Assembly: GCA_965645245.1 (NCBI GenBank)
Contig: OZ287073.1
Span: forward strand, 2,480,001 to 2,544,000
Length of the DNA: 64,000 bases
Reading direction: 5' to 3'
Source: Massalongia carnosa
Taxonomy: Eukaryota
Part shown: piece by piece, positions 36,464-48,643 of the stretch
Layout of the letters: each line of letters opens with the position of its first letter
How positions within the stretch are numbered: position 1 is the first letter of the stretch
Position numbers and translations under genes: made by a program
The notes under the pieces: generated by a model
Database searches by the model: none
What the model was told of the DNA's origin: nothing
Seen by the model: only the letters and a program-made list of their open reading frames with translations

Positions 36464-39400
36464 CCTCAACGTGAAAATGAGGTTTGGATATTCCATTAGC
36501 GGAATAAAATAGAAAGGATTCATGATACATGCATTGGAAGGAGGGGTAGGACTTGATTGTTGGCGTGTACAAGTCATGCATCCTCGACTAATCCCTATCG
36601 TCGACAACAAGTGATGATCACAAATTTTGCTCTGCCAATAAGCTGCCGTGGGGCGCGTAACTGGTCCCTAATTGAGCATCACACATCATGCCAACACTTT
36701 CTCGCCTCGGCCACACTATCTTCTGTTGACAACCATCTGTCTTATTTCAAGCCAGTGGCTCCATAAACCTATCTCTTATCCTCTTCTTCCAATCCACATG
36801 ACTCGCGGTCAAGCAAAGCCAGACGTCAGGAAAAGTGGGCATACCGTGGTTCATGTTCAGTGTGCTTGAGTTGACCATCATTAGGAAAGCGGCTTCAAGA
36901 TATCAAGACGCACGCTTACAAGCAATATAACGTCTTTACGAGCAATCCGTGTTCAAGGACAAGCACATTCAGTAAACACATCCACTTCCTCTCTTTTAGC
37001 GAACTATGCCTTCTGTGAAGAGGCATGTCCTGTGGTCATCCCCCAATACTGTGCCACGAAGGCTAACTCGAATCAAAGTTCCACAAGATTCATCGACCTT
37101 GCAGCAATTCAGGCATTTAGGGTTAGCGATAGGGATGAGGATCTTTGCACTACCTTGGGCCTAGGAGGTGGCCGAAAGGTTGTTGTCTTCCGTCAGAGAC
37201 TCCGTGTTAAACTGCTATTGGAGCAGCCGCATAATCACCATCCAACATCATCCCATCTGCGAGCGCCGACCATTTTTGACGTCGATAAAGTTGCCGTGAG
37301 TGAGTGGCTCAAGGTTTCCGAACACCAAGTTCTTTGCGGAAGGGATGTGGGCATTACCCAGAGCTGACCCAAAATTCCCTAGGGACACATGAGCCTCAAA
37401 TGCTTGAGCTTTCGGATTTTCTGCCTTCTTGATCCTTTGAGCGTTGGGGTATCGTATGATGCACTACTGTGGATGAATAGATCACTAGAGACGTGTCATC
37501 TCCATTCAGAGGAGAATGGTCAATGGCGAGATCAAGTTCTGCGGAGTAGTGAGAGACCTTTCGTAGATGCTACGCTATACTGTTACACAAATCGATGCAA
37601 CCTCTTACTGCGAAGTAAGAGCGGAGAAAATATCTTGATTTTGATTATTTATCTCATATGTCAATTTCTCGTTTCTTTGACAGTCTACACAATAGCACAC
37701 GTAATTCTCGATCTCGGAGATCTCTATACTTATAATATCATTCGGCCTATTGCTCATGTGTTATGCTCATTATGCTTAGATACAAATCATAATAGCGACC
37801 TGTCCTGTGGTCCATGTTTGACCTTGTTCCAGATGTCACTGAATATTTCAGCTAATTGCGCAGAAATAAATGGGCATATCGGCATATGGTCTACATTGGA
37901 CTGCGGTTAATTTGTGTCACATCGACGCCCGGAATTATTGCTTTCCTGTTTATTTCTGTTGACGTCTTGCTTCCCCCTTCGTTGCTAGCATCTAAATATA
38001 TTGGGAAACCATTTACAAGGCTTTCTTTCTTGCGCCATCATATTTTCACCACAGTCTCAACACTCAAGATCTCTCGCGATAATAAAGCGAATCCTGGCGA
38101 TTTACAGCAGAAAGTTTGTTGATTTCAATAATACGTTTTTCTAATATCAACCAGAAAGGTCTACAATATAATCTTCTAAATCAATCCTCATCATCATCAA
38201 TCATGGATTCTTTTTATTAAATTAATTATTCATCTCCAACTAATATCAATGACATGCTATGATTATGGGAAGAACTGGGACAGTATTTGATTATACAAGA
38301 AGAGTAAGCTCCGTCTTTGGTCAATAATTCAAGCAAGTCTTTGCTTTTTTTTTGACAACCCTTCCTGACTGAAGTAACACTAACATGATAGGGCGATCAA
38401 AAACGAAATCGTTATTATTGAGAATAGAATGGCCCTGCGAATCATGGGCAATCCCATATTTGCGCAGGAGGCACGCTTTGCAAAGCGCTTGAATCTTGTA
38501 GCGAATGAGATTGTGCTTTTCGTGATCAAGGCTCGATGTAGTGGCAATTTATATCATCAAAAAATGGTTCGTTATGCTTACCCATGATAGGGCAGGAAAT
38601 AATGGGGAGGCTAATTCCGTAAATGCCAATTTTGCCTAGTGTCCATCAACAAAAAGCCGGCATGTTGAAACAGTTCTCCCTTGTATGGGAAGTGGCAGTA
38701 GGACAATGGGCCCATGCAGACACACAATGGGCCAATTTGATCGCTCCGGAACAAGGCGCGCGTTTTCGAGCCAGATTATTCGAATGGCGTGAAGCGACCT
38801 TTCCACCGCATCGACGCGCGGTACTGGATCAGCTATGGACGCCTCGACAATGGGAAGAGACTTGGGCGCGTCAGAATCCATGGGATGATCAGATACAGAT
38901 GTGGGAGGAGGATATAGATCATGAGGCGAACGGATCGGACGAATAGGAAAGGGGAGGGGATGGGGAGGTTAGAGAGAAAGGAGGCGAGCAGTATGTGAGG
39001 GAGGGGTGAAGGGTTTGGTGAGGTTATAGAGGCTAACGGGGATGGATCGATCTAATGCTTGAGGATTAGTTATGAAGCTTTTGAGGATTCTGTGCCACTC
39101 TGCAGTGCCATTTTTTATCGGCTTGCATTGATCTCATCCGCTCACAGCACTACGTCTAAGATGTCTTTCCCGTTCAGGAGTCTCGTGACCCATAATCGGA
39201 GTCTATAAAAGCAGCAGAAAAGCATTAGAAAAAGTGGGAGCGAGAATGATAATGAGTAGCGTCAGCGTGCCCACTCCTGGTGGCAGGTCGGGGGAGGTGT
39301 CGATCACTGGGTAAGTGCCAAGCTTCGATTATTATCTAGGAATGATGAAGAGACTGAAACCTTTAGGTTAAAAAGAAAAGACGGTATAAATCTAGAGGAT

Positions 39401-39709
39401 GTGATACATAATAACAACCTAGAAATTCCATCAAGAAGCGCATGTTTCTATTCAATGTTTTCCCACGACATAGCTTCTTGTCGGCTTTTTGCTTCAGCGT
39501 TCTGTCGAAGGATCCAGCTAACCAGTGCTTGCTTGAGTAGTTCCTGATTATGCCGCTTCTTAGCACGATCTGATTGTGCTTGTCGCCTCGCTCGCTCGAC
39601 TTTGGATGTCATCATTTCATTTGAGCTACGGACCTAAGCACAGCTTAATATGTTTAACTCGGATAAAATTTCAACCGAAAATCGATTTGAGAAAACCATT
39701 GATAATGCT

Positions 39710-39945
39710 TGCAGTCGGCCTCCTTTCACCGTCCTTGATTCGTGTATGCCAATCCAGGTTGACTATACTGATTTGAGTGTCTAGATGCTCCTCTCCCAGT
39801 ATCCCCGAGCCTGTCTTCATCACTTGTACCTCTAGCTCCTCAGCCTCCTTTCACCGTCCTTGATTTCAGTAGGTCAATGCCAGTTTGGCCATGTTGCTCA
39901 GCGTGGAAGGATGCTCCGGCCTCAATATCCTCTTTCTTGTCTCTG
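39710..39945 (-). pseudogene. Remnant of two TPR repeats from a third NLR-type gene
   Basis: Minus strand reads ETRKRILRPEHPSTLSNMAKLALTY*NQGR*KEAEELEVQVMKT...LGEEHLDT. A motif is repeated ~125 bp apart (39718/39843). Confidence 0.75.
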
Positions 39946-40903
39946 CCGCTTTAGCAACAGTCTCTGCAGTGGAAGAAATCCTCATTAGAATCTTTCTAGG
40001 AGAGTTAAGATGATCAGGTAGTAGTAGAGTGAGTATTTGAGAAAGAGAGGAGGATCAACGGTGTTATGGTGTTAAAAAGTGTCACAAGATGTCGAGGAAT
40101 TATCTAAGTCGTCGCGACGAGAGGCCCAAAACCGCTACTCTTTCTCAAGGCTCGCTATTGGATTCTTAGGTGTCTCTCGAGCTCATTCTCCCAGGAGGCC
40201 TAGTACAGACTTATGTATCTAGGGATAAATCTGATTGTCGATGAGGTTGAGATTTCTGTTTTACGACAGCTTTAGATATATTGGGGATAAATGCACTGGC
40301 CCAAGAATGCGGATAAAATGGCAGAGGAGCATGGTAGTAGACATTGATTTCTACGAGAAAAGGCGAATTTATTACAAAAAGATAGAAAAAACCAACTAAC
40401 GCTCCATCTATTGTAGATGACTTTCCTATCGCACCTCATTATAGACATCTTCTTGCTTATTTGCGTGCCTATTTGCAGCATCCTTATTCTGCAGTGAATC
40501 TACTCGATTTTGTTTGGCGTACCTTCAGAAAACCGAGAGGGAATGGCAGCGTCGTCATAGTATTTGTAATGAGATATTTTAAAAAAGGTACAAAATTTCG
40601 CATAAAAGGTTGCTCTCTAGTAACATATTGAAATATCTGAGAAATTGTTCACTGGACAATTTTGATCCTCCTGTCAAAGAAAATGAACTCGCTTTCATCA
40701 AACACTGTCGATTCGTCAGTTACGCTTTCCCCAAATGGCATTATAACCACTGGTTAGCTCTGGAGATGGGATATAGAGATCGACACGACTGCACTCACCT
40801 TTCGAGTTCCATTCACGCCAGATCAGAAATCTTCGCCTCATGGCTTGCGCTTTTGTCAGAGATCACGGCTACGGCAACTCGCTTTGAAACTGAAATCACA
40901 GGG

Positions 40904-42190
40904 CTATGAGGTCCTTGTCAACAAGATATATGGGTATCTGCATGAGGATGCGCAGAACAAGGAAGCTATTGAGCCATAATCCGCTTGTAGCGTACTCATA
41001 TGAGGCTTTGCATGTGTCGTGGAATAGTCAAGGAGCATTCTCGCCTCAAAGTCCACATAATTTGATAGAGCACAATCCGTAGCAATCTCGGAAGAAGGCG
41101 GTGGAAGGGAAGAGGGTTCAGAATATTCCTCCTGGTTCGCAGTGTTTATGTAATGAGGCAGCACATTCGTTTCAATACCTGCCTCCCATGTACAGAAGAG
41201 GGAGTTTATCGAAGCTCCAGGATGAGTTATACTCGAAAAAGCCATTGAGCTATAAAGTGGCTGTTGACCAGAGAACGAATGATTCAGTTGCGACTGATCA
41301 TCGCGTATGATTGGCTCCAAAGTAACTGTTTGTTCAAACAATCGGGATGACTTCCCATCGTTCAAATTGCCCCTACCTGGGGTACCGCGTTGTAATCGAT
41401 AGCTGCATCCCATCTGCAGAATAAAGAATCGGTCATGTCACGCCTCGTCTGACCCCCACCGTAAGAAACACAGAAGAGTCGTCAGGTTGTTGAAGGGAGT
41501 GCTTCCCAACTAGTGTCATACTACTGCTCGAGTCTAATAAATCACTTAAACCCCACGATCCGAAGACGTGTCTGAGGTTATTCAATGGCACAGTATCGTG
41601 CGGCTCGCTGGGCTGAAGCCACATATCGGGCATAAAGCTTTCGTGACATCTCATATACGCTGTAGACTCTTCTTCATATGATGGGGTTGGACAGGTTGTA
41701 GGCTCTAATGGCGGGATAATATCATCCTGGGGCTCGCAAAGAGCTTGTTTTGAGTGGATTGAGACTATGTTGGCCTTTCTCCTATGAGCTCTGCGGACAT
41801 GCTGGTCCAAAAGACGCCTTTGGTTAACAGTCTTTGGACATAGTAGGCAACGGAAGACTTTCTCGGAATCTTTAAAAACCCCCATGAGCATGGCTAATAA
41901 TGATTAGATATCTTTCGATGTACGTACGCGAATCTTCATGCCTTTTCCACGTTGACTTTCGAAGGAATCGTTTCCCACAGACTCTACAATAAGATGCTCC
42001 TAACGCTGCCGAAGAGAAGTTGATGGTCAGATAAGCTCTATGGATATCGCACTTAGCACCAAGCTCTATGGATACCGCACTTAGCACCAAATTCGCGAAG
42101 ATGTTCTCTCAGAGAGTCTTTGCATCGACTACCAGAATAAGATCGAGAACATGAAGATACTGGACAATTCTCTCGATCGGATTTCGACAT
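40904..42190 (-). pseudogene. C2H2 zinc-finger protein gene, frameshifted
   Basis: ATG 42190; CPVSSCSRSY...LREH, YCRVCGKRFLRKSTWKRHE, FRCLLCPKTVNQRRLLDQHVRRAH. A 28-bp tandem duplication (42033-42088) breaks the frame. 3' end uncertain. Confidence 0.65.
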
Positions 42191-42793
42191 GCTGAAGGGA
42201 GTATGTAAAGCTGTGGATGTAACAAACACGGAGGAATGCTCTTGGTTGGAGCGTTGCGGTGTTTAGTCAGCGGCCCAACTCAGCCATGATTCTCTTGCCT
42301 CAGTACCTCAGACGTGCGTGGCTCAATGAGCCGGCTAAGCCCCTCCGGGTTAGCCTATTTTCGCTAAGCCCCTTCGGGTTAGCGTCGCTGCTGACTAACA
42401 TCAGTGCGATAGCACGTCTGAGCGCAAAACTCAACATTACGGCCAGATCCGCGTAATAAAAATTTTAGCAGTGCAACCATTCCTTTTATGGATTTAATAC
42501 AATGATTAGGGTCGTATTAGTTTACCAGAGACTGTATTTTATACCAAAAACGCACCTCTCAAGATGGATGACTCGATAATCATGTGTTATAACTACTGTC
42601 AGGCTAAGAAAAGCGATGTGAAAGTCGATTAAGTGATAAATTGTTCGCTTTCGCTCAATTTTGAGGTTGATGAACTGATTATTTTCATGTGGCGCGATTA
42701 CATTGAGTTACAAAGATCATGATGATATGAATAACGACGGCCAATCAATGGTATTGTATGATTTATCTAGATTGAAGCTATCTGACGAAAGCC

Positions 42794-45472
42794 ATGGCTC
42801 TTGTCGGGGGCCCCTCCTCGCCACTTACCGACCTACGGACAAGTCCCTTGACTCCCGCCAGTGCGCTCAAGCGGCCCCACCCATCGCCGTCAGGCAGTAA
42901 TGATAGCTCACCCTCTTCCTCCTCCCCTCCTGCCTTACCTGAAAAAAATGGAGGCGCGAAACGCCACCGCCGGCGCATATCAGATTACGACAAGCTGGTT
43001 GAGGTGCTTAAATTTCTGAGCTCTCTAAATTGGTCGGTAAAAGATTTTTTATCAACACTTTGTAAGAATCGAGCCCGTCATAGTATGCGAAAGGCGCAAG
43101 GCCAGCTCTTCGATTTTGTCTATGTCGATATTGTGCGGCAAGAAGACTTTTCAAGCCTCATTGGGCCTGGTAGAATATCCACTATCCTTCGCGAGAGAGG
43201 ATGGGTTTGGGCCGCGGATGTGCTTCGTGAAGAAATCAAAGCTTTGGCAGATCACGCAGCCTTTGGCCCTTTCCAGCCGCCCTCTGCGACAGTCGAGTTT
43301 GGGACCTTGGAGGCTATTAAACTTGCTGCATCTGCCGCCGAGCAGTTGGCGCCACGATGGCTTGAGCTAATTGATAGTCTTTGTCGCGAGGCTCGCCCGC
43401 AGGAACCTCTCGATGTGACGTTGGATTCTCCCAGCGGCCGGCACACCGTTATATTGGCAATGCTTTGTCACAAATTGCGACCAAATAAGGCGACCAATAT
43501 TCAGTCCGTCTTAGGCCTTTATATTTATCAAGGTGGGGCGAGGCGGCGAGTTCTAGATACACTCTGTCATTTTGACCTGACGATGTCATATACTACCCTG
43601 CAGCGGCGCATGTTGTCCTTGATTAAGGAGGCCGAACGAAAGGTTCAGATGCTAGGACAAGGCTCAAACATGATCTTGACATACGATAACTTTGACTTCG
43701 CAGAAGGTAAACGAGGAGAGCGCACGGGGGATAATAGAGACGTCAGATCAATCACTACCGCTCTAATTTTCCAGGGGCAAGGATTCGATGCCGGCGCTTT
43801 GAGGCAGGATATGTGGCGCCCCGCCACGCATCTTTTATCAGCTGAAAGAATTGCGCGAAAGCTGGAGACTGGTGATCTCGAGATGCAGGTGAGTTCAATA
43901 CAGGACGAGGTGTATATACCGCGCTCAATCGCTAATGCACCGCGTACCTAGATTCGTCTTCATCATCTAGAGTCAGCGATTCGAGCGCTTTATGGCCCAG
44001 AGATCGGCGACGTTCAACTTCCTTGGTCGACTGCAATGCCCGTGCTGAATAAGATGAAAAAATACAAGACCAATTACATTCCTATCAAACCAGTCATGAA
44101 GGATGAGAGCACAACATCTAATAATATTCAAATATTGGAGGATATATTTGTGCGACAGTTCAAGTTCAAGGAGGATGACTCGACGTTTGCGAGCGTCATT
44201 CGGCTTATCTATGGTGACCTCAAGACATGGTCGAGAATGCAATCTGTCAAGGAATTACGTCGTGGGATATCGGAGCAATCTTTCGATCGGTTCGACTGGA
44301 TTTTACCGGGATTAGGGTTATGGCATCTTCGCTTTAACATGCTGCAGCTTATTCATAAAATACATTGGGGAGAGGCCCAGCCGGTTGATCCTTCGACTCT
44401 TCAATATGCCGCCGATCGGTGGGGCCGCGCTCGTGTCGTGCAGCCGAACGATTTCCAGGCCTTAGAGGATCTGATCATTCAGAGCTATCAAGCTAGAATC
44501 GTTGGGACGTGGATTAGGTTTTTACGAAAGGATGGATATGCTCCGCAGCGAATCGAAGCAACTATTTCGTGGCTCACAGCGCAGACTTGCGGGCAGGATG
44601 GCACCTGGATGAATATGTTGGGCAGGATATCTCGCAAACTTCACGCGGAATTACCCTCAACGTCAATAGATATGCTTCCTCCAACGCTTGATCAACAATT
44701 TCAGAATCATCAGAACTTCTGTGATCACGTTGAATCGTATCTAACACTTCGATACGCAATCAAATATGCGGATATTGGACTACTTCGTCACGCATTGCGC
44801 CACGCAACGGTGATCTTTCAGGCAAGCGTAGCTGGCACCCCGAAATATGCGCAAGCTCTTCTATACACCCTTCATGCGATTGATTCTTCCGCAGCGACCA
44901 TAAGGCTACAGGAAAGTATTTTAATGAATAGTCTTGTCAATTTACGCGGTGACGAAGAGTCGAGTTTTGAGACTGATCGGCTTTTAGAGATACTAAACAA
45001 TAACCTCAAGACGTTCCAGCACGAGCGATCTTATTTTTCAAAGTATAGTGACACCTTGCTCGAGAACTGGGCACTCAACGGTCCATATCTTATGAAGCTC
45101 AAAGAAATCGTTGAGTTTTACTTTGGAAGAGTCAACTCTTCAAGGCATCCAGCAAAATCGGCCGCAGAGGATGTGTGGGGCATGGCTACGGCACTAGCGC
45201 ATAAATCACTCTGTAAAAGAAGCTATGATCGATTTTCAACTAATCCAACAGCTAATCTTTATGTTGAGGGATTGAAGAAACTTGGAGAAAATGTATTAAA
45301 ATACAATCAGCAGTATCTTTCCGAAGAAATTTCAAAAGAAATTTCAACAGACGACCTTGAGGGTAAGTATGAAGCCGAGCCCGATTTTGTCAATGAAACA
45401 AAGCAGGTCCCCGACAGCCCTGTCATTTCAATGGCCCGTCTCGAGATATCCGGCGGTATGTTTTTTGATTAA
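42794..45472 (+). CDS. DUF6589-type putative (Academ) transposase, 871 aa
   Basis: Exons 42794-43888 and 43952-45472 join in frame (GTGAGT...GCTAAT...TAG). Motifs TYDNFDF, YGDLKT, PGLGLWHLRFN, ETDRLLEILNN. Confidence 0.8.
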
Positions 45473-45531
45473 ATCATCGATACCACGAGATAGCCTAGTC
45501 ATGTAAATCCGCGCCGCGCGGCTTTACAGAG

Positions 45532-47707
45532 TCAGAGGTAGCGGACGGGGCACTTTCTTTCTTGTCTAGATCGTGTCGGAGGAAGGGCCATGGGTACATT
45601 CAGCGACAACGCTTCCATAGGATCTCGAGGCGCTTTTTTGGTCTTTGATGCCTTCATCGATGATTTAAGAGCATCAACATTGTCAACAACGAGCGCCGCA
45701 TCGGAGATATTGTGATTAGGCGCAGGATTCTCGCCCGATGGCTCCGTGCTCTCGCTTTCCTTCGAGACTTTCTTCTTGACCGCATTTCGCTTTTTAAAAA
45801 CCTTTCTCGACATATATCCTTGTTTGATCATCCAGTTTTTCCTCCGTTCCTCAAATTCAATACTGGCGGAGTTGCATGTTAGGCTGGGTAATCGTTTTCT
45901 CTTTATGTCGTTGTGTCGTTTCCATTCCTCGAACATGTCTCCCTCGTCTAATCTCATTGCTTGACCCCGCTTTAAAATTTCTAAAAGCTCGGGGCCGTAG
46001 GGCCTAATACCAGTCCATGTGTTACCAATCCATCGCCGCATGGTGGGCTCGTCCACAATCTGATCCGCCCAAGTAGTCAAAGAATTCAGTACCTCATCGG
46101 GCATTATCAATGATGGGAAGTATCGCATATGTGAATTTGGGAACTTTTCCTGCGCCTTGGCCTCCCTCCATTCTCGAAGTTTAAGGGTGAACCAAGGCCG
46201 CCTAGACGAGTCACGCTCGGCCGTTCTATTTAACATCTCATTGGCGGCTGTTGATGTCTGAAAACTTGGATCGCAAATTGAACAGCAAGGTTGCGGCTTA
46301 ACATAGGCCGACGTTGGATACACTTTATCATTGAAGAAATTCAAGCCAATACCTCGAACGCAACCATCTGAAGGCACATTGATTATCTCCCAAAGACCCG
46401 GTGGCATATCTCGTCGCCGATCAGCATCCTTTTGATTGATGCGGCGTTTACTGGCCTTGGATTCAATCTCGATTCCCGCGTCATATCCGTCCTGTTCGTC
46501 CATTTTTGATCCGCTTCTTGGACCCATGCACCAAGAAGGATGCAAAAGAGTAAAATGCGCCTGTCCTCGACCGCAACGCAAAGCACGACCTAAACGTTGG
46601 TATAGCTTCGCCATTGACGAGGGTAGCAGCCATTGCGTAACTCTCATAACGTCTGGATTATCAATACCAAGCCCGTATGCATCCGTTGCGATCAGGATTC
46701 GAGGAAATTTACATTGCTTCGAGGGCATTTCGAAGCGAGCCGCAATCCTTTCTTTGTCTTGGGTGGCCATGTCGGAAAAGAAAGGCGCGACCCAACTAGC
46801 AGCCTCAATTGGATAGGACAATTGATTCATCCATACTTTCATTAGCGCACACGCCTTTTTGATAGATGAAATTGAATCCATGAAGATAATCGTTTTCGGA
46901 ATATCAAAAGGACTCTCAGCCCGTGTTGGTAAAAGATGTTGAAGATCGATCATGCTGTTCATAGGCCGCTGTAGACTGCTTGTCTGTATGTATATCTCTG
47001 GACGATCAAGCGCTGTTTGAATAACAGTACTTTCGTTATCAAAGCCACAGCGATCTTTAACGCTCTCTAGGGTTCTTGGATCCAGCGTTGCAGACGCACC
47101 CAGAAAAGGAATACCATCTGGTAATCGTGTACGAAGCACACCGAGATTGAAGTATTCGGGCCGGAAATCTCGCCATTCGGATACAAGATGCATCTCATCA
47201 AGAGCTAAAAGACATAAATTCAAGAAGAAACTTGGATGCCTCAGAACCTCCTGATTAAACAGCTTTGACGTCGCTATCTCTGGGCTAGTAAAAACTATTC
47301 ATATTAACGAGTAAGTTTTTATATTTATCTCAATCATAATTTGAATACACACCATGCGTATAATTGTTTTCACGAATTAACTTTAAATTAGAAGAATTAT
47401 TACTATCACCGTCCAACACGAAAGGCATGCAGCCCTCGATAACGCTCAATTTCTTGCACTGTTGAGCTTCTAAGGTCTTGAGAGGCATGATAATTAAAGC
47501 GATCTTAAGACAAGAGAACATTAATGGCATAGCTTGAAAGATAATACTCTTTCCAAATCCAGTCTTGGCGATAAATATCAGATCCTTTTGATCTTGTGCT
47601 AAAGTCATGATAGCGTCAACTTGCTCATTCTTTGGATAAAAGCCGAATTTACTTAAAATCACGGTCGTCACCTGCTCGCGAGTTATCGACGCTATAGGAT
47701 CGTCCAT
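45532..47707 (-). CDS. RecQ-like superfamily 2 helicase, 705 aa
   Basis: Exons 47707-47353 and 47294-45532. Motifs AKTGFGKS, FTSPE, LDEMH, GASAT, ATDAYGLGIDNPD, QRLGRALR, then a Cys cluster (CVR...CCSIC) and a helical HRDC-like region. Confidence 0.92.
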
Positions 47708-48643
47708 TTCGATGTGTTCGCGAGCGATATTCGACGATTCGCGAGTTGGATTCTTAGCCCGCAAAACGCACATCAAGCAAGTTCATCACATTCAACGATT
47801 TTAGGCTTTCGAAAACAACGCTCGGAGGATCAGATTAATGATCAGAAGCGCCGACAATGAAAAACTGGAGCTAGTGACCCGTTGAGTCTGCTGTGGTGGT
47901 GTCGAAATTTCGAGTCAAAGTCGAGTCCTCGTCGCGAGATCGATATTGCGACTCAATTTTGCATCGATATGTAATTAAAATATTGATTAATCGATAGAAT
48001 GTATATCAAAGCATTATTTCTATTATTACATAATTTATGAAATGTCGTTGCGCGTTGTTGATTCCGCCGTCAACTTGATTCTTGATGATTTTTGAGGTTA
48101 AGCCAAAAATTTGTATGAGCGCGCACCAAAATAAGCCGGATCTGACAAAAATACAGAGTTTTGCGCTCAGACGTGCCGCCCGTAGCATGCGTAGTCAGCT
48201 AAAGGGCCGCTAACCCGAAGGGAATTAGCGACGCTAACCCGAAGGGGCTTAGCGAAAATAGGCTAACCCGGAGGGGCTTAGCCGGCTCATAGAGCCACGC
48301 ACGTCTGAGGTACTGAGGCAATGATTCTCTAGTATCCAATTACGAGACCGTGCCATCTCAGAACTGAGATTTTGGAACCGGTTTCAAGTTTTTACGATCG
48401 ATACAATTCGTAAAAGGTTGTAAATTTAAAACCACGTATGCAATACAAAATTATCTATTTAATTTCAGGATTGAAATCGAAAAATTGAAAACTTTTCTTA
48501 AATTTTCTAAAACTTACGACTTGCGAAATTAGCGGAAAATGTCACACTTGATGACCCGGACGATAAATTTTTGATAACACAATAAACTTGCTGTCTATTT
48601 TGCAATTGAATACATTTTCTAAGTGACATGATACCCTATATCA

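Larger units (their letters stand above)
42296..48320. mobile_element. Complete AcademH-like DNA transposon (putative transposase + RecQ-like helicase)
   Basis: 94-bp TIRs (42296-42389 / 48227-48320, one mismatch) extending imperfectly inward. TSD ATGATTCTCT at 42286-42295 and 48321-48330 (alternatively 8-bp TGATTCTC with TIRs 1 bp longer). Two convergent intact genes. Confidence 0.88.

Noticed and set aside
37032..38946. Short ORFs at 37.0-38.9 kb as genes
   Set aside because: No recognisable domains, apart from a very short minus-strand segment (NLVFGNLEPLTHG) too small to call.
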